Assembly: GCA_013265495.1 (NCBI GenBank)
Contig: MU058017.1
Span: 505,919-569,918 of the forward strand
Length of the DNA stretch: 64,000 nucleotides
Reading direction: 5' to 3'
Origin: Vicugna vicugna
Taxonomy: Eukaryota
Part shown: positions 34,961 through 48,341 of the stretch, in pieces
Position numbering within the stretch: position 1 is the stretch's first letter
Layout of the letters: every line of letters starts with the position of its first letter
The notes under the pieces: model-generated
The model's input: the letters and a program-made list of their open reading frames with translations, nothing else
What the model was told of the DNA's origin: nothing
The model's database searches: none
Made by a program: the position numbers and the translations under genes

Positions 34961-37335
34961 CTTTCTCTTATTCATGTGGTTATTATATTTATCAAAGGGT
35001 TTGCTTGAACCATTATAATATGCGGTACATTAATGTTTGGTGCTTACCTTCCTGATTCTTAGTTAAGATAAAATTTATTCACATTGCTTAGAAGTTATGC
35101 ACTTTACTGGTGGATACCCCTTTGCCAGTTAAAACTTGGTTCATACCAGCATGACAGTGTGTCAGGAATCAATTCACGTATATCTTTATCCCTACAATGG
35201 ATGGTAGTTGGATGAGAGGAGCTGACAGGCACCTGAAGGGGTTTAGAGTTTTCATAACATGTGGGAAGAGCATGAGGTTTGATAGGAAAGAGCTTGATGA
35301 GAGGCATATGTTAGAAATGGCAGATGAAAAACTCTTATCAGGAACACAGTGATTCCTCTCTTAAATGATGACTCTATTATAATATTTTTTTTTTACATTT
35401 TAAATTTGTCAACATAATGAGAGGACGTGTTACATGCAATATAAGCTATCTCTTCTGTACACTTTTTCCCTCAGTATTGAGGTCATAGTTTTAAATTTGT
35501 AGCACTCTTAATTATATTGGGAATGGGCAGATTATAGAGGATGTAATTACAACTTTGCAGTATTGTTATACAGAAACTAAAATAGAATGGAATCCCTGAA
35601 GAACTGAACTAAAGCACTTGTCATGGATGGAAAGTTATAAATATTTGTTTTCTGATCAGGCATAAAGAGTTCATAATATTTTAATACGTCTTTTCTACTA
35701 GGAATGAGTTTAATTATCCAATGCATGTCTTTAATCCTTGCCACAGAACTTTGTCTTTTTAAAGTTGTTTAAGGATTTGAGGAGACATTTTAAAAGGAAA
35801 CTAATTTGGGGCAGTCTTCTTTGAAATAGTCTTTTCTGAGTTCCTAATCTGCTTTTCTATAATTGCACTACATAATAAGAGGAACATATTTAAAATAATT
35901 TGTACAATCTAAGAATTTTCAAACTTTTTTATGGGAAGGACCCACTTTTAGTTTTTCCTGTTTTGAGAACCTGACAGTCTGGCCCAAGGGCTACAGTCTG
36001 TGAAATTCTGAAGAAGCTGATCTGGATGCTGGGGTGGGGTTGATGATGATCTCATCAGCAGTCTGGGCGAGAGGCTTGCACATGGCTTCTGGCCTTGCCC
36101 TACTCCCTGTTTGAGACACCTGGGAGCCTGAGAGAGCCATAATGTCTCCCTCCTGAATGGGTAGTAGGACTTAACAACCTAGTGGTAGAGTCTGTAGGTA
36201 AACTGCTTTCGTGGTGAAATAGTTACAGAAACTTTGGCAAAGTGCTTCTTCCTCCCACCTTAGTATTAGAATGGTATTTAACAAAACTGCTGCAAAATAT
36301 TTTCCCCTCTTTACATCACAGTGCTTAGAATTTTGTTAGAGAACAGTTTCACAGAACCTTTTCAGGATTTCAACTTATTAAATAATTACCACCTGCTATT
36401 TCATGAGGAAAAGGTATATTTTCTTAGGATACAAGAGAGGGAAGATTGTTTGGAGTATAATGAACATTTAAATTGAATGGTCATCAGTGAATCTTAGCAG
36501 TGCTATAACTGGCAAAAAGGACTTAAAAAGTTTCCATTGTGCTCAGTGTTTTCAGCAGCAAGCACAGATGCATCTTTTTCAGCATGGTGCAAGTTCATGT
36601 ATCTTTCTAATGTTTCTGGAAATCAGCTGGCATCCCCATCTGTTTCCAAGCACCATCTTACAAAGTTAGATACATAAAACTGACAATTTGAATACATTTG
36701 CTCTCAGCATTTCCTTACTACTTGTTTCCTAACCTACAATTTCCCTGGATCAGTCCCGTGAACACACCTTAGAACAGTCAACAGGCTAGTCAGGTAAAGC
36801 CTTTCAGGGAGAAAACAGGAGTTTATATGCAGAAAGAGTTATACCCCCAACCATCAACCAGTGTGAATCCAGGATAGGGAGGTCTTGATGGAACCTTTCC
36901 AGAGCCAGCTGGGTGCCTGTAATGCAATTATACATTGCAGGGTTGTGTATGAGAGAGAGAGAAAAAAGAGAGACAGACAGAGACTGGTTGTGCTGCTGAG
37001 TCATTCACTATTTCTTGCTTTATCCCCAGAAGCATTTGAAGGATAAAGTTTAAGGTTAGTTTATGGTCTTGAAGAAAGGCGTTTTTTTGTAAAGTTAACT
37101 GCTCTTATAAGATTTGAAGCTTCATGCCTGGCCTCTTTTGCACAGTACACTAAACAAAGAAGCTAATTGTCACTCTGCTAATTGGTGTAGATATGAGTGT
37201 GTGTGTGGTGTGTGTGCATGTGTATATACACATATATCTGTTATATTTCTGACTAGCTGTATTTTTTTCTTTCAAATATGTATCTGAATGCTTTCAGCGA
37301 ATATTTGCTGAGTGTTGACTTTATTTTAGTCATTC

Positions 37336-37675
37336 GAGGTCCACAATCACTTACCTAGAACCTTTCAAGCCAAATGGTTCCAAATTTCTGGAGTTTTCAA
37401 ATTTTAGAAAGGCAGTTAGGAGGCACCCACCATATAGTCTATAATAGCTCCATCAAGGCCTGTGGCACCATCTCTTAAACAAACTTCTGAATACTTCTGT
37501 GGCGAACCATATGAATAGTTAAACTAAGTGGGATAATTAAAATATAAATAGCCTCACATCTATTCAGGTTTTGCTGCCAAATAAGTTATGAGGAGAAGTT
37601 TTGCTGCCACAGTTTATCAAAAACTTTGTGTAGTTTTTAGATTTTGGAAATTGCAGACATGGGATTGTGGACATG
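37336..37675. mobile_element. Tigger-family MITE
   Basis: Terminal inverted repeats gaggtccacaatcac / gggattgtggacatg. Confidence 0.6.
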
Positions 37676-37894
37676 CACAATGAAGGCATAGACTTGGTAT
37701 CTTTTTGGTAAGGAGGATGTGGAGTTGAGGGTTCTAAGGCAACATTCTTCTTCAGCAGGATTGGGTTTTAAACTAAACAATAACAATTTTCTGTCTCCGT
37801 TATTTTTATTTGCACATTAATAAATTATTGCTCCTCTTCCTATGAGTAATTCCAATTAATATGCCTTTGTGCAGGGAGGTTTGAATAATCTATG

Positions 37895-38110
37895 CTAGGG
37901 TACCTTCAGCCTCAGCACTGTTGACATTTTGGGCCAATTGATGCTTTATGGTGGGGGGGCCATCCTGTGCCTTGTAAGGTATTTAGCAACATCCTTGGTC
38001 TCTACTCACTAGATGCCAGTAGCATCTCCCCAGTTGTGACAACCAAAAATGTCTCTAGACATTGTCCAATGTCTTTTGGGGACACAACTGCCCCCAGTTC
38101 AGAATAAGTG
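37895..38110. mobile_element. MER20 DNA transposon
   Basis: cagcactgttgacattttgggcc...ctagatgccagtagc...gttgtgacaaccaaaaatgtctctagacattg. Confidence 0.85.
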
Positions 38111-39170
38111 ATCTACTTGTGTGTGTATAGAATGTGTATATGTCAGTCTGTCATTAGAAGTTAAGACTCTCCCTGGTCCTGCCTTACTCAGCTTTAGTTA
38201 ATAAGCAGGTGTAACAGAAAGTTCCCACTTGAGTTACATATACACCCGGTGATTGTATTGTCCCTGCTCATGGACTGTTCTTTAGTGGTGTTTCTCACAA
38301 TGTAAGGTTCATGGAATCACCTGTGATCTTGTTAAACTGCAGATTCCAATTCTGTAGGTAGGGATGGGCCTCAAAATTTGTATTATAACAAGCTCCCAGG
38401 TGATGCCAGCACTGACTAAGCCTTTACTATTAATGTGTCAGATGTTTTCTGGAAATGATATTTGGCTGAATATTAACTTGACCAATTGTTCATTATTGGT
38501 AATATCCCAAACTGTGGACTTGGCCTGTATTTCTGACCTGCAAAGCCATCCATTTTTCTCACAGAGAACATCAGGTAGGAGAGCATGACTAACTTAGCTA
38601 ATATCTGCCAACGTTACTGGAAAGAAATGACTCAAAATGTGTGTCACAGGTGTTTGGTCAGTAGCTAAATTTTCATCTAAAAAAGGCAGTGAATAGCTTT
38701 AGTTCCAGTCCAAAGCCTAAAATATATTTGACTATATAATAACTATCATTCTTTTGTGCCAGTGATGTGCTGCCAAGCACTGAGTTAAATCTGTACAGCT
38801 ATTGGTTCTAATTCTCATAGTAAGCTTATAGGGTTTGGGATGATTATTTACGGCCATGAACACTGAGGCTCAGAAAGGTTAGGAAGGGGCAAAGCCTATG
38901 TTCTTTCCTCATACTACACTGCCTCCCCAACAAACAACATGAACTATTTCGTGGGCCTGGTCCACATCTGAAGTGTTTCTCAGGTAACACTCTCTGTATT
39001 AGAGGAACTATCAACCTAAAGAAAAATTCTCATTTATCATTGTGCTTGCATTCTTTTTAGTTTGTATCTCATAGAGCAGTGGTTTTCAAATGTTTGCTTT
39101 TATATCTCCTAAAATAATTTTCTATTATGTACGTAAAAGAGTATTCACAGCACTTTTAGCAAATGCTAGC

Positions 39171-40285
39171 TTTTTTTAGCTTATTGAGGTATAATTGAAA
39201 AATTATAAGGTATTTAAAGTATATACAATGTGATGATTTGATATACATATAAATTATGAAAGGATTCCCACCAAGTTAACAGTTCTATCACCTCACACAT
39301 TCACCTTTTTTTGTATCTGTGAGAACACTTAGGTTTTACTCTCTTAGCAGATTTCAATTATAAAATACAGTATTATCAACTAGTTACCATGTTACACGTT
39401 ATAACCTCAGACCTTATTGACCAGCCTCTCCCTATCTTCCTCATCCCCCTAGGCCCTAGCAGTCACCATTCTACTCTCTTTCTGGGTTCAACTTTTTTTT
39501 TCAGGTTCTACATATAAGTAATACCATGCAGTACTTGTCTTTCTCTGTCTGGCTTATTTTACTTAGCATAATGCCCTCTATATTCATCTATGTTGTTGCA
39601 AATGGCAGAATTTCCTTTTCTTAAAGGCTGAATACTATTCCACCATATTTATGTAAGCATATGAATGTATATATGTGTTCTAGATATAATGTATTTTATA
39701 TAACATAATATTATGTATACAATTTGTAATAAATATGTAAATATATAATACATTATACATAAATGTCACATTTATATATGTGTTTATATTATATAGTGTA
39801 TTACAACATATATTATAACATGTAACATTATATAATACATAATGTATAGCATATATTATATACAACATATTATACAGAAACATACATTTATATATACACT
39901 AAAAATGTATAAAATATAATTTATATACATTATATATTTACATATGTAAATTATTACATATTTATATATGTGAAATATATTTGTGTATATATACACATAT
40001 ACACTACATTTTTTTATTCATTCATCTGTTGTCAGATACTTAGGTTGTTTCCTAGGCTATTGTGAACAATGCTGCTGAACATGGGAGTTCATCTATATCT
40101 TTGAGATAGTGATTTCCTTTTGATACATACAAAAGGATAACATAGTAGTTCTATTTTTAGTTTCTTTTTTTTTTTTTATTTTTAGTTTCTTGAAGAATCT
40201 CCATACTGTTTTCCATTGTGACCGTACCAGTTTACATTCCCATCAGCAGTGTACAAGAGTTCCCTTTTCTCCACATCCTCCAAGC
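39171..40285 (-). mobile_element. L1MA/MB-type 3'UTR fragment with internal AT-rich expansion
   Basis: Characteristic reverse L1 3' sequence (tttattgaggtataattga, ctggcttattttacttagcataatg, tttacattcccatcagcagtgtacaagagttcccttttctccacatcctc). Confidence 0.85.
39650..40005. repeat. Degenerate (TA)n/AT-rich low-complexity tract
   Basis: Almost exclusively TA/CA dinucleotide runs inside the L1 fragment. Confidence 0.85.
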
Positions 40286-41924
40286 AGTTTTTCTAGCAAA
40301 CCTGTTTTGGAAAGTATGTGTGTGAATTACAGATGTAGATACTGATTCCCTTAAAGCTCTCTATGTTTGTACCTCTGGAAATTCTTTGTGTACCCTCAGG
40401 GGTATATATACTCCAGTTTGAAGAATGCTATCTTGGAGTACTCATATTCATGTTCAAGTACTGACACCACAGGATTATAGGAACATTCACTGAATCATGT
40501 CCAATAAAAACAGATTGTAGAAGCTGGTTTTATGGACACAAATGTGAGGTAGTTAAATCCATTCTGGCTTACAGCAATGTCTTATGACAGCTCTTCTTTA
40601 GAGTTTCTATTATGGCTCAGAACTGTTACAACTTTCTGTGGTTTATCACTATTATTATGTGCAGTGCCAGCTCCTTGTTTTTTCAAAAATATCACATCTG
40701 TCATCTTGAATGTTCTTTGGTACTAACCATAATGCCGGTTCTTCATTACAAATTATATATTCAGAGTGTCTTTTCAGTTTTTATTTACACACACACACAC
40801 GTCAGCACACATGTGTCACTATATTTAATCTCCTGTATGTGAGACACTGAGTATTAGTAATATGCATCATATAACACACACATGAGACAGATGGTTTGTC
40901 TGAATGTTAATACTGCCAGTCATACTCATGATGATTTATAATTCGCACTTTTGATTTTTGTCTTATTTATGTACATTACAGTCAACACTCCTAAAATAAG
41001 AGCTTCTTAAGAATAGGACACATGTCTGATACATTTGTGTCTTCTACAGTGTCTGCCTCAAAGCCCTGAACATGTAGAAGGTACCAAATGAATTTTTTTT
41101 TAAATGAATGAAGCAACATTTCTTGTGGAAAATACTATGGCATTGTCCTAAGTAATTTTATTCATTTTTAAAAGATACTCTTGTGTTTACCATGTTCATG
41201 GTCTTAGGTATTTAAGAAAATTAGGTGGTAAATGGTTTTCCCATTGGTGTTCTCCAGATACACTGGCCTCTAGAAAGAATTGAGACTGCTGGAATATCTC
41301 CTCTTCCTTCTTCAGATCCCTGCATTAGAACTGTATGTGTGTGCTTGTTTGAGGAGAAGAGAGATGGGTAGTAAATGTCCACATCCTAGCCTCTAACTCT
41401 CCTTTGGATATTTCCTCTCTGTAAACAAAGGAGTGGTCATTTTAATTTTTTTTCTTTAGAGTCAGAGGTCTACTGGGCAAATATGTTTGTTTATTATACA
41501 AGCAACATTACATTAACAACAAATAAAACTAAAAAGGAAATAGTCGTCTATGATCTGACCACCTTAACACATCTTATCAAGCAATGAAACCAGTTCCTCA
41601 AGCCATTAATGGCACTATGTTGTTTCTGTTAGCTGTAGAGATTAACCTACAAACAGTGAACAACTTCAGAGTCAGCGTCTCATCTATCATCTTAAGGAAA
41701 CAAATACTTCACTGTATTTACTGTGCAGATCTTGAATTTAAAGTTTTTGATGTTATGAATATGGCAACACTTTTGCTCATTTAATTTACAAACAACGAAG
41801 GACTCTAGTTAGTACTGAGGCTGTACTGAGATGGAACAGTGGAGGGTTTCTGTTCTCTGGAGTTTGTAGGCTGTTTGGAAAGAGTGAGCAGATAATTTCA
41901 GTGCAACTCAGTGAAGTCTCCAGA

Positions 41925-42325
41925 GCAGTAGTTCTCAAACTTTTTGGTCTCATGACTCCTTTACACTCTTAAGAATTACTGACTGTTTTAAAATATTCAT
42001 GTATTTATTCATTAAAAATAATAAATCCACTATATGTTAACATAAACATGTTTTTATGGAAAATTTTTTCAAACCAAAGAACTTTGTGAGAAGAGTTGTC
42101 TTGTATTTCTGCAAACCCCAATGCCTGGCTTAATTGAAGACAGCTGTATTCTCAAATCTGTTTCACACATTCCATTAGCTGTCAGAGCAATGACCTCACC
42201 ACACGTCATGTAGCCTCAGGAATACTTGTACACTTGTGAGAGAATGAGAGTGAAAAAGATAGTGTGAGTGTTAGTATGAAAATAGCTTTATCCTCACAGA
42301 TCTCTGGAATCACTATTCTCGAGGA
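41925..42325. mobile_element. hAT-Charlie1-like fragment
   Basis: cagtagttctcaaactttttggtctcatgactcctttacactcttaa ... tggcttaattgaagacagctg. Confidence 0.7.
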
Positions 42326-44986
42326 CCAGACACTTGAAGCATAAATGGTAAATGTGTCTTTCTCTGGAAAAGTCTCTGGTTTAGGCTGTCACCTTCGTTA
42401 GGCTGTTACTGGGTGAGCCCTCACTTCATACTGATGAAGTCCATAGATTTGCTGGCCTTGTCACTGCTTCAACGTTTACATCATTAATGAAACTAGTTGT
42501 TTGCTTCCCACCATAGATAGATGGAAGATTCCCCACCTTCAGATACTTCTTTCCCAGTTCCTAGAAAACTTCTGAATGACAAAACTGTCTCCATGAGACA
42601 TTGTGTTTTGTTTGAAACCACAATTTGAAATAAGGGCATGGGAACCACTGAGTTACCTGGTTTTTAAGTGGATTCATCCACAGTACTCTGCAGGTCACCT
42701 GGCATTTAATTCATATCAGACCTTTATGAGGCAATTATAGCGAGCAGTTGCTATGTGCAAAGTACTGTACTTGTTATTTGTCAGTTTACTTTTTTCTGTC
42801 AAACCTACCTGTATACTTGTATAGAATACTCTGCTCATAACTTATAATAGTTTCCCATCAACAACCAAATAGTGCGATGATACCGAATCCTGTTGGGTCC
42901 TTTTTTAAGATAGAAAATACATTGTATCTCTCGTTCTCCTCCTAGATGGGCTTCAGTGCCTATACTTGCTTTCATTCTTCCAGTGCTAGTTTAATTTATT
43001 ACTTTTTCTTCTTGATTTAACATGTTAATTGATAAGCAGAAAACTACATACACTGCTTTAGTCATTTTTTTTTTTACCTGCTCTCATGGCTGCACTTTGC
43101 TAGTCTGATTATGATTATATCTGACCTTATCTTTTAGCAATTATTATCTAATATGTAATTTTAGTTGTTGCATTGCATTGGTAGTAGCTGTGTTCATGGT
43201 TAAATAACCACAGAATTCTAAGCAGTTTGCAGAGTAATTACATGGAATTTGTTGGAAAGCTTCCTTAGGTTGAGATAATCGGGTCTATAATTTATGTTTC
43301 CTTGCTCTACTCTCTGCTTTTTCAATGGGACTTTTCACTGTTTAGTCTAATTTTTAGGAGCACTCATAAAAATAGCTATGACTAGTCTTTTTTATTCTAT
43401 GTATGCTGCTTCCTTTTATTTCTCTCACAAGTCAAAGGTTTTTAAAAAATTAAAGCTACAGCATACCATAGTCATAACGTAATGCTTGATTCATTTGACT
43501 TGGTCAGCAAGATTTAGAAGAACAGTAACACTTTTTTGGCCTCTGTGAGCCAAGTATGCATATATATCTGTGTCTGTTTTGTGTCCATGTTACTGAAGAT
43601 CCTGTCATCATCACGGAGATCATTTAGAGACACCATAAAAGGGTCCAGATCCAGCAAACTGGGTTACTATTTTCCTTCACTGTGAAACAAGAATTAGGAC
43701 ATGAAGTGATAGAGGAGGCCTTAGCTGGTGTCAGAGGAATATCTGGTAAAAATGGGGCACAGTGAGTCAGGATTCTTCATCATCTGAACAGTCTTGTTTG
43801 GCTTCCCAGGGGTGAGAGGAAGTGAATTAATAAGATGCAGATAGTCAAATGACCTACTAATTGTAAGGAGGTTGTGAGCTTTTAGCAGAGAAACATGATC
43901 CTGACAGGAGCTTACTGAAATCCTCAAATTGAGCAGAGGGGCTAAGATTGGGGCTAATCTCTTTTTTTAAAAGCAGGAAAAAAGCAAGTAAAATGAAACA
44001 AAGAGTATCCTAGAAAGAAAAACTACTGAAAGATGAAGATTCAGAACCAGAAAAATGCCAGTCCGAGAGCTCACAGGCACAGAGTTTGGGGAATAAGGCT
44101 ACAAGGAGAATATTTTCATTCTGAGATGATGGAATCTGGGCTAGGAGACTCTCCACACGTCGATCAAAGGGCCAGGTGGAGACTTAAAAAGGTGCTCAAT
44201 CTAGGCCTAGGAGAGGAAATGAAATGAACAAGGGAGTGATAATAAGGACAGCATGTGTAAATCCATACCTGGATAGTTACTTAGAGCCTAAATTATATGT
44301 TGTCACTTTTTCAGTGCTGTATTATCAGTTAAGGAACTTTCTAGAAAGAACTAATGGATGATGGATGTTCACTATCACTAAGCTTGTGCTTCTTTGTCTC
44401 CCATTTTAATTTTTCATAGCAAAAAGTATTTATTTGGATGGATTTTTCTTTTTGTCATTTATTGAAATTGATTTTTTGCCTTGCTTTGACTATATTATAG
44501 CTATCAAGAAGGAATTTTTTTTTAAAAAATTACTATGAATATACTGCTAAAGAGTCTATTAACTTTTCTTTTTATGTTCTTCTCCCCCTCCACATTCTGA
44601 ATGAGGTTTTTAATTATTTGAAAAAGATTCCTCAGATTAACATTTTAACAATTTTTCTTTTCCAGACTTACATTTTGACTACTTTTACACCAAAAAAGAA
44701 ACAAACAAAAAAACAAAAATTTAGCCTGTCTTTCAACAGATTGAGACTTCAGATCCTTGGCAGACTGAAAGTTTCAGGTGGGCATCTCAAGATCTTCAAG
44801 GCCCACCTGGGCCCCCCGCAGCCATGGCGCCTTTCCCTATCAGCCTTGTCCCTCTCTAGGGAGAAGCACTCAGAAAGCCACCCACATGTGATGCCTTCCT
44901 TGGACTGTCACAGATAAATGTGTTCCTATATTCCTGAGAGCACCTTTCCTGGTACACAGCATGCCATAGCATGCAGAACCGCCTTT

Positions 44987-45045
44987 TTTTTTTTAATTGA
45001 CATTTAGTTGATTTACAGTGTTCTGTTAGTTTCTGGTGTACAGCA
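44987..45045 (-). mobile_element. Very short 5'-truncated L1 tail
   Basis: Poly-T followed by aattgacatttagttgatttacagtgtt...tctggtgtacagca. TSD gcagaaccgccttt (44973-44986) / gcagagctgccttt (45046-45059). Confidence 0.75.
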
Positions 45046-45847
45046 GCAGAGCTGCCTTTACGTTTAAGTTAATGATGGTATGATGATATTGGGCTCGTCC
45101 CCAGGTTCCTAACACTTTCACTATTGATCATTCTTTCCATTCCTTCCTCACCTTTTCTGTGGTTGATTTGTTACTCTTTGAGATCTCTGTTCTTCTGTAT
45201 CTTATTTGTTTGCCCTAAGGTAGCCTTCTTTAGGACAGGGCTGATGTCCTCTCTATTGTCCATTCCCTACTGCCCCACCAGTAGACAGCAGTAAACAGTG
45301 CAGGTGACTGAATGGCAAGGGGCAGGCAGGATAACTGACAGGGAGCAAGTATGCTCACCAGCACTGAGGCACCATTGGGGAAAAGGCAGTTGAATACTGT
45401 GGGAGACAGGGTAGTAATGGGGGAGAAATTCAGATTCTGGAGTTCAGTTTTCAGAACTGAATCTTGGTTTCCCGACTTCCACCTAGTGTAACCGAGGAAG
45501 CAATTTAACCTCTGTGAGTCTCATTTTCTTCACATGTAGGATGGGGATAATACTGGAGTCTTCTTCATAACAGTGTTTTTCCAGGGATTCAGTAAAACAA
45601 TCCGTACAAAAGCATAGTGCTTGGTACTATCCATATCAGTTACCACTAGATGTAGAAAACTGTACTGATGGTTACAATACAGAAGAGCACCTCAGCCACA
45701 CTGGGCTGGTCTAAAGTAAGGGGCACTTGGAAGAGACAGTCAGAATTCACACTAGAATGAAAGACACGACCACATAATCTGTTTACTGTGATCTACTGGT
45801 TCTTTTCAGCCATGTGCATAGTTTGCTATACTGCTTGTCATTTATAG

Positions 45848-46070
45848 CCAGTTTCTCAGCCTTGGCCCAATTGACATTTTGGGCTGAATAATTCTTTGTT
45901 ATGGGGACTGTCTTGTGCACTGTTGGATGTTTAGCAGTATCCCTAGCCTCTACCCACTCAACACCAGAAGTAACCCAGGACCCCCAGCTCAGTTGTGAAC
46001 AACCAAAAATTATCTCCCAACATTGCAAAAAATCTGGGGGAAAAAAATCGCCTCTGATTGCAACCACCAT
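45848..46070. mobile_element. MER20 DNA transposon
   Basis: ttgacattttgggctgaataattctttgtt...ggactgtcttgtgcactgt...ctctacccact...caaccaaaaat. Confidence 0.85.
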
Positions 46071-47941
46071 TTTAGGGCATAGTTAATTTCTTGGAAAACT
46101 TCTATTAGATTAGTGGTCTCTAACATTCATAACTCTACTTCATTATCTGCTTTTCAGTATATTTGGGACCAGCCAGTATTTCCATTTCTCTTTTGTTCAC
46201 AGATCTACAGCTGTTCTTTCTTCCTGGAAGAGAATGATGCTTTGAATGTGCATTATCCGGTGAAATTCCAGCATATCACAAAGGATGCTAATAGCTGACC
46301 TTCCCAAAGCCTCTTTGATGTTCTATTCATCTTACTCCTGCTCTTCCTTCCTTGAGTGTGAGTGTGCAGTGCACATTCTTTGCTGGGATTAAATGCTCCT
46401 AGACTTGTCTACCTGGGGACTCTGAGGTGGGGTGGGCTGATTTGGCATAGCCTACAGTCTTTTTCTGTATGTGCTACTGCTGGGCTTGGTTTCCATAGTG
46501 GAAAATGTGGAGATTACTGAGGATATTTTATAATGTTTTTTAAGCATTTCAGGAAAAAAAAATACAAAGTAACAGGTTGAAGGATACCCAAATTGTATGA
46601 GAAAGAGGTTATTTGAGGTTTTCATACTGTTGTATACTTAACTTTGTAATTATACCAAGTTTACTTTGCTCAGTTTTAACTCTTCAAGCAAGTCTGAATT
46701 TCAGTCTAGGATTTTAGATTAGCATTCCTAAATATATAATAAATATTTCAAAATATGTATATTAAAAGGTATACTGTGAAGTGTCTTCCTCCTACCTCAT
46801 CCGTCATTTGCCCAGTCCTCTTCCCCAGCCTATAACCACTGATACCAGTTTCTTACATGTACTTCTAGAGTGACTTTATGAGTAAACAAGCAAATGCAAA
46901 TAAAGATTCTTAATCTCTCCCTTTTTTGTATGAAGAATAGCTTACTACAAGAATTGTTCACCCATCATCTTGATTTTTGCAGTTAAATATTTTCTTAGAG
47001 ATCTTTCCATTAAATCAATGTTCTTAAGCAAGGCAGGAAAAGGAAATAAAAATCAACATGACTGCTAAATAAATCTTTACAATTTCATGCTAGAAAAATT
47101 AAAATTTACAGGATTTTAAAAATGAAGTAACATAGAAGAATGGGAGTCATACTTTTGCTGTTTTGAACTTTTAATATTAAGATAAATTAAAGTAGTAGTA
47201 TTATTTGATTATAATTTTATAATAGCACCTTAATTGATGTACATCTGTTTTGATAATATCTGCATTTTCCTATTTGAGAAACTGAAGCTTAGGCACATTA
47301 AATAACATGCAAGGCCTTTGTAATGGTAGCCCTGGGTACTGGAACACAGGATTCAATTCCAGTTGCTGTCTAGTGTGGGATTCGTTTATAGTGAGAAAGA
47401 AACAAGCATATTGAGGGTCTACTCTGTGCCACTTGTTCTTACTTAATCCTTATAAGGTTAAGTATTATTCCTATTTTACAGATGAGGGTAGGGACCAAAA
47501 ACATAAAATTTAGAGAGGTTAAGTAATTACCAAACAGCACAAATTACCAAACCAGAATAAAAATTCACTGAGTCTAAAGCATATGTTCTTTCTATTTAAC
47601 CAGGCTACATGCTTGAAAGCCGAGAGTACCAACCTCAAAAGAGTTTCCTCCTTCTCCCATCCCATGCTTTTAGTGTTCATTTGTTAATTCCTGTACTCTA
47701 TGTCCCTACACCCTTGGCTCCCTGACCCCCCTACCTTTGCTCAGTCTACTCCAGCAATACCAGCCTCCTTGTTGTTCCCTGAATACACAAGGGCCTGTGG
47801 CTTTTGTTCTTGCTGTCTCCTCGGGGAACCACTGGACTTTCCCTTAGCTCATGTAGGACCATCGGGCATACTATATTTTACTTATTTGATCATTGGCTGT
47901 CTCTCCTCCTCGAATGTAAACTTCATGTGAGTAGGGAGATA

Positions 47942-47944
<3 letters not shown>

Positions 47945-47986
<42 letters not shown>
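47945..47986. repeat. (TG)n microsatellite, about 20 units
   Basis: Directly visible perfect dinucleotide run. Confidence 0.95.
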
Positions 47987-47989
<3 letters not shown>

Positions 47990-48188
47990 ATTCAATGACT
48001 AGTCAAGTACTAGTCTTGTTTTATTCTAGTTATATTTGTGCTATATTTCTAGCTCAAGAATAGTACCTAGTACTTAATTGGTATTCATTAGATATTTGTG
48101 AAATATTTGAACAAATACCTATTCTACTTTCGAACTAGCTACCATGTTAGGGAGTAAGGGTGTGACTGTAAGCAACAGACATATAGTG

Positions 48189-48341
48189 CAGTCAGCCCTC
48201 TGTATCCATGGATGCAGAATCCACAGATAGGAAAGGCTGACTTCTACTACACCATTTTATATGAGAGACTTGAGCATCTGCAGATTTTGGTATCTGTGAG
48301 GGACCTGGAACCAATCCCCCATGGATACTGAGGGATGGCTG
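48189..48341. mobile_element. Tigger3/MER2-type MITE
   Basis: TIRs cagtcagccctctgtatccatgg / ccatggatactgagggatggctg followed by TA. Confidence 0.8.

Noticed and set aside
47448..47457. Additional CArG boxes (here, and at 20833-20842 and 430-439)
   Set aside because: They lie in or beside old repeats with no supporting promoter context, and such matches are expected by chance.
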